From positions 256 through 64,255 of the IMG/VR virus record IMGVR_UViG_3300028800_000012: a stretch of 64,000 nucleotides of DNA; one strand, 5' to 3'. The first letter of the stretch is position 1. Each line of letters opens with the position of its first letter. Shown here piece after piece: positions 1-8,794 of the stretch. Source of the DNA: a virus. The position numbers and the translations under genes are program-made. The notes below the pieces were generated by a model. It was not told the DNA's origin, did no database searches, and was given only the letters and a program-made list of their open reading frames with translations.

Positions 1-732
1 CTTGAACTCGCCTTCGGCGCGCTTGCTGAATTCGGCGATTTCGAGCTTGTCGGCCTGCGACTTCAACAGCTTGAAGGTCGGCTCGCCGACTTCCGACTTG
101 CGAATCACGACGCCTTCGGACTCGAAGGTCTCGTCCGACTTGGCGATCTCCGCCTGCGCCGCGAGACGCTTTTCGACTTCCGCCTTAACGCGGTCTTCGA
201 ACCGCTTCTTGGCCTTCTCGCTGGCCTCGTCGTCGCCGCCATCGGCCGCGTCTTCTGCGTCGGATGCCTGCGGCTTCTTCTTGTTGCCGGCGCCCATCTT
301 GGCGATCTTATCGTTCGCCTCGTCGAGTTTCTTCTGCAGGTCGGCCGTCGCGGCCTTGACCGCCTCGTCGATCTGCTTTTTCAGTTCGGCTTCGGTCATG
401 TCGTTTTCTCCTTCATGGCCGTGGTTGCTCTTGCTAACCCAGCCATCGGGAAGCAAGTCTGTTGCGCCGAGCGAGCGCGCCCGGCTGATGATGTGAGCCT
501 TCGCCTTGGCCGGGTCTTTTGCTCGGCCGATGGCGTGGATGGCATTCTTCAAATCGCTGGTGTTCTGGATCGGGAATGATCCGTCTTCCATGGCGGCACC
601 AGTGCCCGCCAAACGGTCGCGCTCGTCTTGCGAAAAATCGCGCTTGAACAGCGTGACGCGCGCGGACTTGTTCGCCGGGCGGTCGACCAGACTTAATTCA
701 GCCAGACGCAGGTTCTTTAGAGCGTGCGCCAT
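1..732 (-). CDS. head scaffolding-like protein; 3' end runs past the window start
   Basis: The minus frame is open from ATG 730-732 to position 1. It is absent from the ORF track because no stop lies in the window. The N-terminus reads MAHALKNLRLAELSLVDRPANKSARV...DGSFPIQNTSDLKNAIHAIGRA, followed by a charged coiled-coil (MTEAELKKQIDEAVKAATADLQKKLDEANDK). It lies immediately downstream of the prohead protease. Confidence 0.6.
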   Translation of the reverse strand, partial: MAHALKNLRLAELSLVDRPANKSARVTLFKRDFSQDERDRLAGTGAAMEDGSFPIQNTSDLKNAIHAIGRAKDPAKAKAHIISRARSLGATDLLPDGWVSKSNHGHEGENDMTEAELKKQIDEAVKAATADLQKKLDEANDKIAKMGAGNKKKPQASDAEDAADGGDDEASEKAKKRFEDRVKAEVEKRLAAQAEIAKSDETFESEGVVIRKSEVGEPTFKLLKSQADKLEIAEFSKRAEGEFK

Positions 733-737
733 TTCGT

Positions 738-1430
738 TTAAGCCTCGATTGGTTCGCGGACGGCTTGCCCGCCGATGGAGAACGCCCCGTAGGTGCCGTC
801 CTTCACCTTTTTCCAAATATCGTCGTCATGCACCTTGACGCCAACGATCCATCCCTCGCGATCGGCTTTGATGCCGAGCGACTTAGAGAGTTCGGATGTA
901 AGCGGGAATGAATGCAGCACTTCGCCGATTCCGCTGCCATCATGCATGGCCTTGGCGACTCTCGCATCGGCCATGAAATCTGTCGTGGCTTTTTCGAGTT
1001 CGGCAGGCGAAATCACATCGTCCTGCGTATCGACGACTGGCACGCCTTTTTCCGAAATCACGCTGGCCCAGCCATAGGCCATGCGGGACTCATCGTCGCC
1101 GACCTTGACGATCTGCGCCGATGCTTCCGCCTTGCTGGTATCGCACGGCGCGTTATACGGCTTGTCTTTCGGCTTCTTCTTGCCTGAACCCATCATGCCG
1201 TCGACATGCACATCGCCGCCGGTCGGGTTGTCTTTCAAAATCCATTTCTTGCCGGTCGGCGGCCGTTGCCAGGTCTTGCCGACTTCATCCCAAGCCTGCC
1301 GCACGCAATCGTTATGCTCGTAACCCATTTCGGCGGCTTGGTTGGCCGTATCGCACCAGACCTGCATCGCATCTGCCGGCAGCATCTTGGTCAGATGCGC
1401 CAGATTCCGATCATCGGCGGAATAGGTCAT
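738..1430 (-). CDS. prohead serine protease, XkdF-like, with an extra N-terminal domain
   Basis: 230 aa. The core KVGDDESRMAYGWASVISEKGVPVVDTQDDVISPAELEKATTDFM...GWIVGVKVHDDDIWKKVKDGTYGAFSIGG matches the XkdF-type phage protease pattern. It sits between the MuF-like and scaffold genes. Confidence 0.7.
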   Translation of the reverse strand: MTYSADDRNLAHLTKMLPADAMQVWCDTANQAAEMGYEHNDCVRQAWDEVGKTWQRPPTGKKWILKDNPTGGDVHVDGMMGSGKKKPKDKPYNAPCDTSKAEASAQIVKVGDDESRMAYGWASVISEKGVPVVDTQDDVISPAELEKATTDFMADARVAKAMHDGSGIGEVLHSFPLTSELSKSLGIKADREGWIVGVKVHDDDIWKKVKDGTYGAFSIGGQAVREPIEA

Positions 1431-1570
1431 TCAAAAGCCTCGAATATGGACGCCCAGAATGCGTCCCATCGTTCCAATTTGTACTGGCGAAACAAAAGCC
1501 GCGTGTAGAGGCGCATGCGGCGATACTCGGCGCAGTAGCCGTTCGGATCGCACCACCACAGCGCGCCCAT
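1427..1570 (-). CDS. small hypothetical protein (47 aa)
   Basis: ATG at 1568-1570. Its stop overlaps the protease start (ATGA). Sequence MGALWWCDPNGYCAEYRRMRLYTRLLFRQYKLERWDAFWASIFEAFE. It is below the size cut-off of the ORF track. Confidence 0.3.
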   Translation of the reverse strand: MGALWWCDPNGYCAEYRRMRLYTRLLFRQYKLERWDAFWASIFEAFE

Positions 1571-1719
1571 GCAATACCCGCCGCCTTTATTGCATTGCCT
1601 GCGGCATCGGTGCCGCCCTAGCCTCGCCGCATGTTCCGCGAAGCCGCCGCAATCTGTGCCCTGACCGCCGTATTCATGGCCGGCTGGTTCGCCGTAGGCA
1701 TTGCCTACCTGCTGTTCCT

Positions 1720-1944
1720 ATGAAGCGGCAAAGCAAGCCGTGGATGCGGCCACTCAACAAGGTAGCTGCGCCGACCTATGACGATCTTGTCCGCGCGCTC
1801 GGCGATCTCATTTCAGACTGCCACCGCTGGCGCATGTACGGGCATGCGCTCAACACCGCCGAGCACATCCACAACCGCGCCCGCGTCGCCAAGCTGCCTA
1901 GGCGAGCTACGCTCCCATCAGGCCAGCAAGGGCGGCTGATTTGA
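1720..1944 (+). CDS. hypothetical protein (74 aa) in an opposite-strand cassette
   Basis: ATG at 1720 overlaps the stop of a 30-aa transmembrane peptide ORF (1631-1723, MFREAAAICALTAVFMAGWFAVGIAYLLFL). It is in the same frame as track ORF 1459-1944. Confidence 0.3.
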   Translation: MKRQSKPWMRPLNKVAAPTYDDLVRALGDLISDCHRWRMYGHALNTAEHIHNRARVAKLPRRATLPSGQQGRLI

Positions 1945-2135
1945 AAGGACCGCTTAACGATGATCTGCCGCTATTGGAGCCGTTTGATACGGTTTTTGCT
2001 TTTCTCGCCGACATGCATGAACAGGTATCGGCACAGATCGCCGTCACAAAGAACCAGTCGGCCCTGGTTGTCCTAGAGCACGTCAAGCGGTCGCTAGAGG
2101 CGGCCGGCGTCGTGGTCCGGGAGATGGGCGGTTAG
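1941..2135 (+). CDS. hypothetical protein (64 aa)
   Basis: Track ORF. Its start overlaps the stop of the preceding plus-strand ORF. It converges on the MuF-like gene. Confidence 0.3.
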   Translation: MKGPLNDDLPLLEPFDTVFAFLADMHEQVSAQIAVTKNQSALVVLEHVKRSLEAAGVVVREMGG

Positions 2136-3250
2136 GCATCCTGCCTCTGTGCCGGTGCCCTGTAGCGGATCATCATGGCGCATCTGCAGCGGATCGTGTT
2201 CGCGGCGGTGCCGTTGGGGTCTCCGGGGAACATCAGCGGCCCTAATTCAGTCTTGAACGGTTCATTCAGACCAACTCCGCCTTCATTCAGCGACGGAATT
2301 GTCATGTGGGCGTGACGGACCCGGCTGTCGTGCGTGTAAATCCACTTCTTCCTCACGCCATCTGCGTCGACCTTGCCATCGGCGACGGCCTGCCGCCACA
2401 GTTGCACATTGCCCGCATTGACGGCGCGAATGGCTTCGGTTCTGGCGATCGTCTCCGAGCGGAATTTCAAGGTCCGCTGCCGATACCGTTCAACCAGCTT
2501 ATCGATGTAGTCCGGCGACAGTCGCTCGCCGCTGTCCACGGCATCGCTGATCGTGCCGTCAAAGCGCCGGTCGCGTAGCTGCCGCTGCAATGCGCCGGCA
2601 TCGAGGCTTTCCAATGCACGGCGATAGTTCAGGACCGCTTTCGTCTGCGACGGCGTAAGCCCGATGAATTGCCGCACGTCTCGCGCCACATCCAACGGAT
2701 TACGGCCAGCAGCAACGCCATCCGCAATAGCCAGACGAACAGAGGCCAGCGCACCCGCAGTAAGGCCGCGAATAAGCGCCATCTCATAGTTTTGCAGGTA
2801 TCGGACTGTCTCGGGATTGGTTATCCCGAAGTGGAATTGAACCTCGCCCGGCGCAAACGATGCCGATAGCGCCAGTGCCGCTTGCTGACCGGCCCAGACC
2901 GTCGCCGCTGTAGATGCGGCGCCGATCGGCTGCATGCCAGACGATACGAGCTGAGCATCCACAACGCCGATGGCTTCGGATACCCTACCCTGTTCAAGGA
3001 GGGTACGGATGCGCTCGATATCAACCTTGTCGGCCAGCCTATCCACGGCCTCGGTAAACGCGCGGCGGATACGGCTGGAAACCGTCGTCTGGTTGCTTAG
3101 GAGCCGTTCGATTTCCGCCTTGTCGGCAGAAGACGCCTTCGAAATGTCGGCGTTCGCATACGTCGCGGAATGTCTTCGAACGTTTACCCAACTTTGGTTT
3201 CTATGTACCCATCTTGGGTCGCGTTCAGACTTGGCGACGACGATCTGCAT
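2132..3250 (-). CDS. minor head protein, SPP1 gp7 / Mu F family
   Basis: 372 aa. The C-terminal signature WIYTHDSRVRHAHMTIPSLNEGGVGLNEPF...NTIRCRCAM is typical of the gp7/MuF head-morphogenesis domain. It lies downstream of the portal gene. Confidence 0.8.
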   Translation of the reverse strand: MQIVVAKSERDPRWVHRNQSWVNVRRHSATYANADISKASSADKAEIERLLSNQTTVSSRIRRAFTEAVDRLADKVDIERIRTLLEQGRVSEAIGVVDAQLVSSGMQPIGAASTAATVWAGQQAALALSASFAPGEVQFHFGITNPETVRYLQNYEMALIRGLTAGALASVRLAIADGVAAGRNPLDVARDVRQFIGLTPSQTKAVLNYRRALESLDAGALQRQLRDRRFDGTISDAVDSGERLSPDYIDKLVERYRQRTLKFRSETIARTEAIRAVNAGNVQLWRQAVADGKVDADGVRKKWIYTHDSRVRHAHMTIPSLNEGGVGLNEPFKTELGPLMFPGDPNGTAANTIRCRCAMMIRYRAPAQRQDA

Positions 3251-3339
3251 TTACGCAGTACTGCGCCACTATAACGATGATGCACGTTGCGCCGACCAGA
3301 GCGGCGATAAATTGAATCACTTCGGCCACGGCGATTGAC

Positions 3340-3543
3340 CTATTTCGTCCCGCTACTATTCGTTCCGCTCATGAAGTCGGCAGAGGCATCGCTACCGGCG
3401 TCTTCGCCTGACACGGGCCTGCTGCCAGAACGCGGCGGCGTATTCGCGTCGTCATCGCCGCCAACGCTCACGAACGTTAGGTTGCCACGCTGCCAAGTGA
3501 ACTTGTTTTCCGGCGAATAGCCGCCGACAGTGCCGGTCGTCAA
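3340..3543 (-). CDS. hypothetical protein (67 aa)
   Basis: Track ORF. Its start overlaps the portal stop. Confidence 0.35.
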   Translation of the reverse strand: MTTGTVGGYSPENKFTWQRGNLTFVSVGGDDDANTPPRSGSRPVSGEDAGSDASADFMSGTNSSGTK

Positions 3544-5669
3544 TGGATAACCTCCATAACGATCTTCCTCGGTGTCTTGCTGACGACACGGTATTTAGTT
3601 CCGCGGTTCAATAGTAGCTCCTTTTCCTCTGGGTGCTCAGACAGGCTAGGCATGTAGATAGCGCGGGTGCCCTTCGGCACGCGGATTTCAAGGGCCATCG
3701 CGCCGCCGCTGCGATGCATGGTCGAGGAAAAAGACTCCATCGCCTTCCGCGACAGAGACGTTGAGGTATAAGATTTGTCCATAAGAACGCCACCCGCGCC
3801 GATTGATCTCTGCATCGCCGCCCAACCCTCGGCGTCGATAGCGCGGTACACAACGATATCAGACGGCAACGCCGATCCCTTGAACGCTGAATCGATCTTG
3901 GAAATGATGCCAGACAGGCGCGGCCCTACCGCGTCGCCCTCACGAAAGTGAGCGTTGATATCCTCGAACTCTCCGCCAGAATATACCTGCAAGGCATCCT
4001 TTTCTGCGGCCCCAAGCTTGGACGTGAGAGCGGTTAGGACCGTATCCTGACCAATGAACTGGCCGCCCTGCTCTGTACCCTTCGGGCCGTGGAGTTGATT
4101 CGCCTTTGTCGTCGCCTCTGATTGTCCGCTGCCATCCTGCTGGAAGTAGGGGCCGGCATTCTGCGTCGCCTGTTGCGGATTGATCTCGGCAGGATTTTGG
4201 CTGACTCCCATGCCGTCGTCGTTGCCGGTTTGTTCAGCCACACCATTCGGCCCTAGCTGCGGCTGGAGTCCGGCATCTTCCGGGGGCGCCGGCATATCCG
4301 CGATCTCCGCCACGTATTCCGACAATTCCTGGTTCGGGAATAGCGGCGCACCAGCCGTAGCAAGCGCCTGCAGATACGCGCCGAACTCAGCCAGATCGAC
4401 CGGCGCGACACGGCCCGGCTTTAGTTCCGGCATCAGAGCGCGATCGATATTGTTGTACGACCAGATGCGCGGCAGCAGGAAGCGGTTGAGGACTTCCGCG
4501 ATCTGGTTGAGATAGGCTTCGCAGGCCCGCAGGAACAACTCGGACTTGTTCTTGGAGAGCGCGTAGCTGCCCTTCTGATCGCCGAGCATCATGAAATCTG
4601 CGAGTGCGCTACGGGCGATGTTTTTTTCGTGCCGCTCGACAACGGGGCCGGTATCAATGGCCCGTCGTCCGCCAGTCGAGAGCAATTTCACGTCGACAAT
4701 GCGCTGTGCCGACGGCGCTCCTGTTTGCGGATCGGGCCAGCAATCGGACGGAATGACAATGCCGCCCTGCTGGTTGAATTTTACGTCGCGGGCGACCTTC
4801 TTGTATTGCTCAAGAACGGCTTTATCGGTAGCCGATGCGTCCGACAGAAGATACTTGGCCGGGATTGAAACAACCGGCAACCCCGCCAGTTCGCGCTCGA
4901 TGCCGATCGCCTCGATTTCCTCGATCGTCTTGCGCAGATACCACGACTTATAGGCCGAGCGGAGAATTGACACGCCTTCCGGCGAGTTCTTCCGGCTTGT
5001 CGTGCGGAACAACAGAAGCCGCTCGATCGGGATGAATAGCAACTGCCCGCCAATCGGCGGTAATTGCCACATACCGGCGATGCCGCCGTCTTGCTGCATC
5101 TCCCATCGCAAGAGCGAGTCCTGCGATCGGATCGGCAGCTTGCGCACGCCAATGCGGCCGTCGTCGAACTTCGAGCGCAGCGCCGGGTCTTTCTGATCCG
5201 GACCCATGCGGCGCTTCAAGACGATTTCCAACACCGACCAGCCGAAGGTCAGCATGGACATGACTTCGCCAATCACATCCGGGAACGGATGCGACATATC
5301 GTCTAACAACGATTCGACGAACTCGGCTTCTTTTTCGGCTTCGCCGCTATCGTCCGCCGGCTCAACCCGCCAATCCACAGCCCGCAGAATGAGCGTGATT
5401 GCCGTGAGCGTGGCGCAGACAGTGGCGTCGCCTTCCGCCATCTGGCGATAAACGCGCCAGGCGTTCGGGCCGCGCAACTCCGGCAAGTATTCTTCCGACA
5501 GATAGCCGGAGAATACCTTGAGACCGGAAACGCCGATCTCGCCGAATGCCTTGGCGTTCGGGTCGCCGGTTAAACCGGCCATATTGCCGAATGCGCCTGT
5601 CGGCGGCTGCGGCGGTCCCGGAGGTGCCACTTTGGCCACGTCGCCGCTCTCAGTGGTCGACGCTGCCAA
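3540..5669 (-). CDS. portal protein fused to a C-terminal ADP-ribosyltransferase domain
   Basis: 709 aa, located directly after the large terminase. The N-terminal 460 aa or so is portal-like (WRVYRQMAEGDATVCATLTAITLILRAVDWRVEP). A Q/G/P-rich linker covers aa 460-545. The C-terminus carries an R-S-E triad: VVYR(609)AID, YTS(636)TS, EE(682)KE(684)LLLNRGTKYRV. Confidence 0.8.
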   Translation of the reverse strand: MAASTTESGDVAKVAPPGPPQPPTGAFGNMAGLTGDPNAKAFGEIGVSGLKVFSGYLSEEYLPELRGPNAWRVYRQMAEGDATVCATLTAITLILRAVDWRVEPADDSGEAEKEAEFVESLLDDMSHPFPDVIGEVMSMLTFGWSVLEIVLKRRMGPDQKDPALRSKFDDGRIGVRKLPIRSQDSLLRWEMQQDGGIAGMWQLPPIGGQLLFIPIERLLLFRTTSRKNSPEGVSILRSAYKSWYLRKTIEEIEAIGIERELAGLPVVSIPAKYLLSDASATDKAVLEQYKKVARDVKFNQQGGIVIPSDCWPDPQTGAPSAQRIVDVKLLSTGGRRAIDTGPVVERHEKNIARSALADFMMLGDQKGSYALSKNKSELFLRACEAYLNQIAEVLNRFLLPRIWSYNNIDRALMPELKPGRVAPVDLAEFGAYLQALATAGAPLFPNQELSEYVAEIADMPAPPEDAGLQPQLGPNGVAEQTGNDDGMGVSQNPAEINPQQATQNAGPYFQQDGSGQSEATTKANQLHGPKGTEQGGQFIGQDTVLTALTSKLGAAEKDALQVYSGGEFEDINAHFREGDAVGPRLSGIISKIDSAFKGSALPSDIVVYRAIDAEGWAAMQRSIGAGGVLMDKSYTSTSLSRKAMESFSSTMHRSGGAMALEIRVPKGTRAIYMPSLSEHPEEKELLLNRGTKYRVVSKTPRKIVMEVIH

Positions 5670-5678
5670 TCTTGTCTC

Positions 5679-7046
5679 CTACCAAATCCTCGGGGCGGCG
5701 CCGCCGACTTGCACGGGACCGCCGATATTCACTTCGGCAACAGCGCCGACCATCAATTCCGTCAGCGCCCACACCATCGCGTCCAATCGGTCGGGCGATG
5801 CCTTGCCAGTCAGCGGCTCCCACGTGCAAAGCTGGTCCTCCAGCTCCGGGAATGCGCCGGCATGACTGACTCGGCCCTGCTCATAGAGCGCCGATACCGG
5901 CTCCGCTCTGGCCTGCTTGCCTTTACTGGCATGGACGATGCGGACGGGAATGTTGGGCCGCACCGTTTCCAAGGTGTGCCGCACCATTTCGCCGCCTTGG
6001 TTGCCTTCGGCGACGATGCGGTCGGCCTTTAATTCGTCATAGAGGGCAATAGCGCGGCGAGCCCATGCGTCGGGGGTGTACCGGCCGGACACGTCTCGTA
6101 AAACGTATCCATGACCATTAGAATCGACTCCAGCGGCAACGATGCCGGTGAGTGCCGATGTATCCCCTGATGTAGCGGCCGGGTCGATTGCCACCACGAT
6201 CCGAACCAGATCGGGTGCTTTCGCCACCCTCGCCCGTTCGATCATGGCGCGTGTCCACAGCGCGCCTTCGACTTCCTCGATTAGCTCGCCGTCCAGCTCC
6301 TGCCGGCCAAGCCGCGTCCCTTCGTATTTGGACACGATCTGGGACAGGAAGGTCGGCGCAAGATTCGCCTTGTTGGCGTCGGTCTTGGCCCGTGTGACGA
6401 CGCAACGCGGCGAGCGCAGCAATTCCCGCAAGAGCGGGATCGGGCGCGGCGTTGTCGTTATGACGGCCTGCGGAGCGGCGCCGAGGCGAAGCCCAAACAT
6501 CGCCATGTCCCAGGCGTCGTTCGGGTCGCCATCGTTCCACGCGGCGACTTCATCGGCCCATATGCGGTCATGCTGCGGACCGCGAAGGCGGTTCGGCTCC
6601 TCTGCCGAGTAGCCGTGCGCTACAGCACCGTTTGCCCATGTCAGGCGATGGCGCTTTGACGGCTCGTAGATCGGCAGGCCGAGCGGCCGTCCGTAAATAT
6701 CCTTGTCGTTACGCCAACAGACCGAAAGGATGCCGGAAGGCCCCTCGATCATAACGTCTCGAATATCGCCCGCCGTGGGCGCTATAAGACCAATGTGCCG
6801 CGCGCCGCTTTTTACTTGGTCGCGGACCCATTCGGCCCCGGAGCGTGTCTTGCCGGCACCGCGCCCAGCCAGAAGAAGCCAGTAGTCCCAGCCCGTCTCC
6901 CCATCGTTTGGGGGCGGCGGTAACTGGTCTGTTCTGGCGAAGAATTCCCAATCGTATAGAAGCGCATCGGCTTCAGCGTCAGTCAGTTCCGCTAGAGCCG
7001 CCGACCTTTGATCCTGGCTCAGTCTGGCGAGAGATGAAATGTGCAA
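5679..7046 (-). CDS. terL: terminase large subunit
   Basis: 455 aa. Walker A motif LLLAGRGAGKTRSG, with a nuclease-half pattern downstream. It lies between the small terminase and the portal. Confidence 0.85.
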   Translation of the reverse strand: MHISSLARLSQDQRSAALAELTDAEADALLYDWEFFARTDQLPPPPNDGETGWDYWLLLAGRGAGKTRSGAEWVRDQVKSGARHIGLIAPTAGDIRDVMIEGPSGILSVCWRNDKDIYGRPLGLPIYEPSKRHRLTWANGAVAHGYSAEEPNRLRGPQHDRIWADEVAAWNDGDPNDAWDMAMFGLRLGAAPQAVITTTPRPIPLLRELLRSPRCVVTRAKTDANKANLAPTFLSQIVSKYEGTRLGRQELDGELIEEVEGALWTRAMIERARVAKAPDLVRIVVAIDPAATSGDTSALTGIVAAGVDSNGHGYVLRDVSGRYTPDAWARRAIALYDELKADRIVAEGNQGGEMVRHTLETVRPNIPVRIVHASKGKQARAEPVSALYEQGRVSHAGAFPELEDQLCTWEPLTGKASPDRLDAMVWALTELMVGAVAEVNIGGPVQVGGAAPRIW

Positions 7047-7617
7047 GGCGGTCCTTCGCGCCCGTCACCTCAACGGGGATTGCCCCGCCGTCGGGGCCAC
7101 TGTGCTCCAAGCGATCCTTAAACATGCCGAGGTGGCGGCCGAGATCGACCAATGCTGCGCGCTTGTCGTGCATTTTGAGGCTCAGGCCCCCCGTCGGGCT
7201 CTGCCGAACCTCTGAAATCGCCGCGGCAGTGTCTTCGTCTATGTCTTTGGCGCTAATGAGTTGGACATGGTTGTTGTGGAGATGCTTGACGACGAGAACG
7301 TCCCCGCCGTCCGGATTATCCGTCTCCTCGACCAACGAGCCTTGCCAATCCACTGCCTTGCGGATGTCGGCGAACCCTATCTTGGCAAGTTCTGAAACAA
7401 CCCGCTCGATGGTAACGCCGGCCTTAGCCGCCGATGCGGCCAAAATCTCATCGACCCTCGCCCGGACCTTAACATTCTTTAACAGACGAGAGGCTGCGGC
7501 CTCGGCCGAGTTTCCCGCTGCCTTATAGCCGGCGAGAACGTAGGATTCTGACGCCGGCCGACCTTTCGCCACCTCTTGAGCGAATATCTCATGCCGCGCA
7601 TTGGGGAGTACGGCCAC
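6979..7617 (-). CDS. terS: terminase small subunit
   Basis: 212 aa. The N-terminus ARHEIFAQEVAKGRPASESYVLAGYKA...AEAAASRLLKNVKVRARVDEI matches the P27/Terminase_2-type small subunit pattern. Confidence 0.7.
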   Translation of the reverse strand: MAVLPNARHEIFAQEVAKGRPASESYVLAGYKAAGNSAEAAASRLLKNVKVRARVDEILAASAAKAGVTIERVVSELAKIGFADIRKAVDWQGSLVEETDNPDGGDVLVVKHLHNNHVQLISAKDIDEDTAAAISEVRQSPTGGLSLKMHDKRAALVDLGRHLGMFKDRLEHSGPDGGAIPVEVTGAKDRLAHFISRQTEPGSKVGGSSGTD

Positions 7618-7759
7618 CGGCTTTCAGAACCCGTACAGCTCTTTGATCGCGTCCAAATGCCCCTGCATCTTCTTTGGGTCGCCGCCTTCAAACATGGTGT
7701 TCCAGATCGAATAGCGGATGACGGCCGCTTGGCGGGCGGCAAACCATAAAAGCATCATC

Positions 7760-7966
7760 CTACAGTGTCTCGACTTTCCTGCCGCTCTCGATCTTGAGCG
7801 GCCTGCATTCGGCGGCGCGATGGTTCGCCTTGGCAATAAAGCCAGCTATCGCGTCGCATTGGTCATTATCGGCATAAGCGATGGCTGGGTCTGTCAAGCC
7901 GGACATCTCGATCTGCTTGCCATCAGCGGTGCCGAGCACGAGCGGCAGCACAATGACCCAGAACAA
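7760..7966 (-). CDS. small secreted or membrane protein (68 aa)
   Basis: Hydrophobic N-terminus MFWVIVLPLVLGTADG. It abuts the upstream ORF. Confidence 0.35.
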   Translation of the reverse strand: MFWVIVLPLVLGTADGKQIEMSGLTDPAIAYADNDQCDAIAGFIAKANHRAAECRPLKIESGRKVETL

Positions 7967-7968
7967 GG

Positions 7969-8460
7969 CTAGATTCCCGGCTCAGGCGGCCAGAAACACG
8001 TCACCTGTCCATTCCAGATGAACAGGACACCCTCTCTCCGCATGGCATCAAATTCAGGCAGTCCGTCGTCCTTCGGATCAAAGGCGCGGATTGTGTCTTC
8101 GTGGATGGTGTCGGACGGGATCGGCAATAGTTGGCACCCGGCAGCGGTGCAATTCGGGTCCGGATAGAACGACCATTCCCCATCTGAGCGGGGAACGAAC
8201 TTGGTCCGGAGCCGGTCGGCATGCTCGCAGCACCCGGCAATGAACAGTCTTGCCCTCGCCTGCGGCGTCAATTGCGCCGACTTGAACCACTCCTGAACTG
8301 ATGGCGGGTTCTTGGCGTATTCGGGTTTGTATGTCGCGGCGGCCTTGCCGCCCCATGTCACACACACCCCGAACACGATAGCCATAAGAACGCCGAAGGC
8401 TAACGCGGCGCGGCAGGCGGCATCGCGGGTGAGGATCATGCGGCGGCTATGGCTCGACAT
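7969..8460 (-). CDS. membrane-anchored Cys-rich hypothetical protein
   Basis: 163 aa. One N-terminal transmembrane segment (ALAFGVLMAIVFGVCVTW). It overlaps the end of the hydrolase ORF. Confidence 0.45.
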   Translation of the reverse strand: MSSHSRRMILTRDAACRAALAFGVLMAIVFGVCVTWGGKAAATYKPEYAKNPPSVQEWFKSAQLTPQARARLFIAGCCEHADRLRTKFVPRSDGEWSFYPDPNCTAAGCQLLPIPSDTIHEDTIRAFDPKDDGLPEFDAMRREGVLFIWNGQVTCFWPPEPGI

Positions 8461-8794
8461 AGGCGAGGACGGTGCGGCGGGGATACACGCCTTCGCCGAC
8501 GCGATGGCGGTGATTGCCTGAGATCAGGATTGGATTGCCGGCGGCGTCGAAGCCGGAAACGACGCCGACATGATGCCCCCGGCGGACAATCGCAATTGCG
8601 CCAACGTGCGGGCCTGTGCGGGGGCGGCGCAGCCATGAGGCGGCGCGATCATCCACCCCGGATTGTCCGGTCAATGCCCGCAGGAATGCCGAGCACCATA
8701 GCGAGCGGCGCAGACCTAATTGTGCGGCAGTCTTGCCGAGTTCGGCACGGGCGCGCGTCTCTAAGGGTTCGCCGGACGGCGCTGGTTTAGGCCG
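8447..8794 (-). CDS. CHAP / NlpC-P60-like cell-wall hydrolase with no canonical start
   Basis: The stop-to-stop frame reads ...LGKTAAQLGLRRSLWCSAFLRALTGQSG...GAIAIVRRGHHVGVVSGFDAAGNPILISGNHRHRV, which contains the catalytic Cys and His context. The first ATG/GTG/TTG (TTG at 8674) lies after the WCSAF cysteine. Confidence 0.5.
   Translation of the reverse strand, partial: RPKPAPSGEPLETRARAELGKTAAQLGLRRSLWCSAFLRALTGQSGVDDRAASWLRRPRTGPHVGAIAIVRRGHHVGVVSGFDAAGNPILISGNHRHRVGEGVYPRRTVLAYVEP

Noticed and set aside
2-496. 164-aa plus-strand ORF at the window start, and 19800-20504 minus (234 aa), 20494-20994 minus
   Set aside because: These are Ser/Ala- or Arg-rich translations opposite well-supported genes (the scaffold-like gene, early-right genes and the methyltransferase), so they are shadow ORFs.
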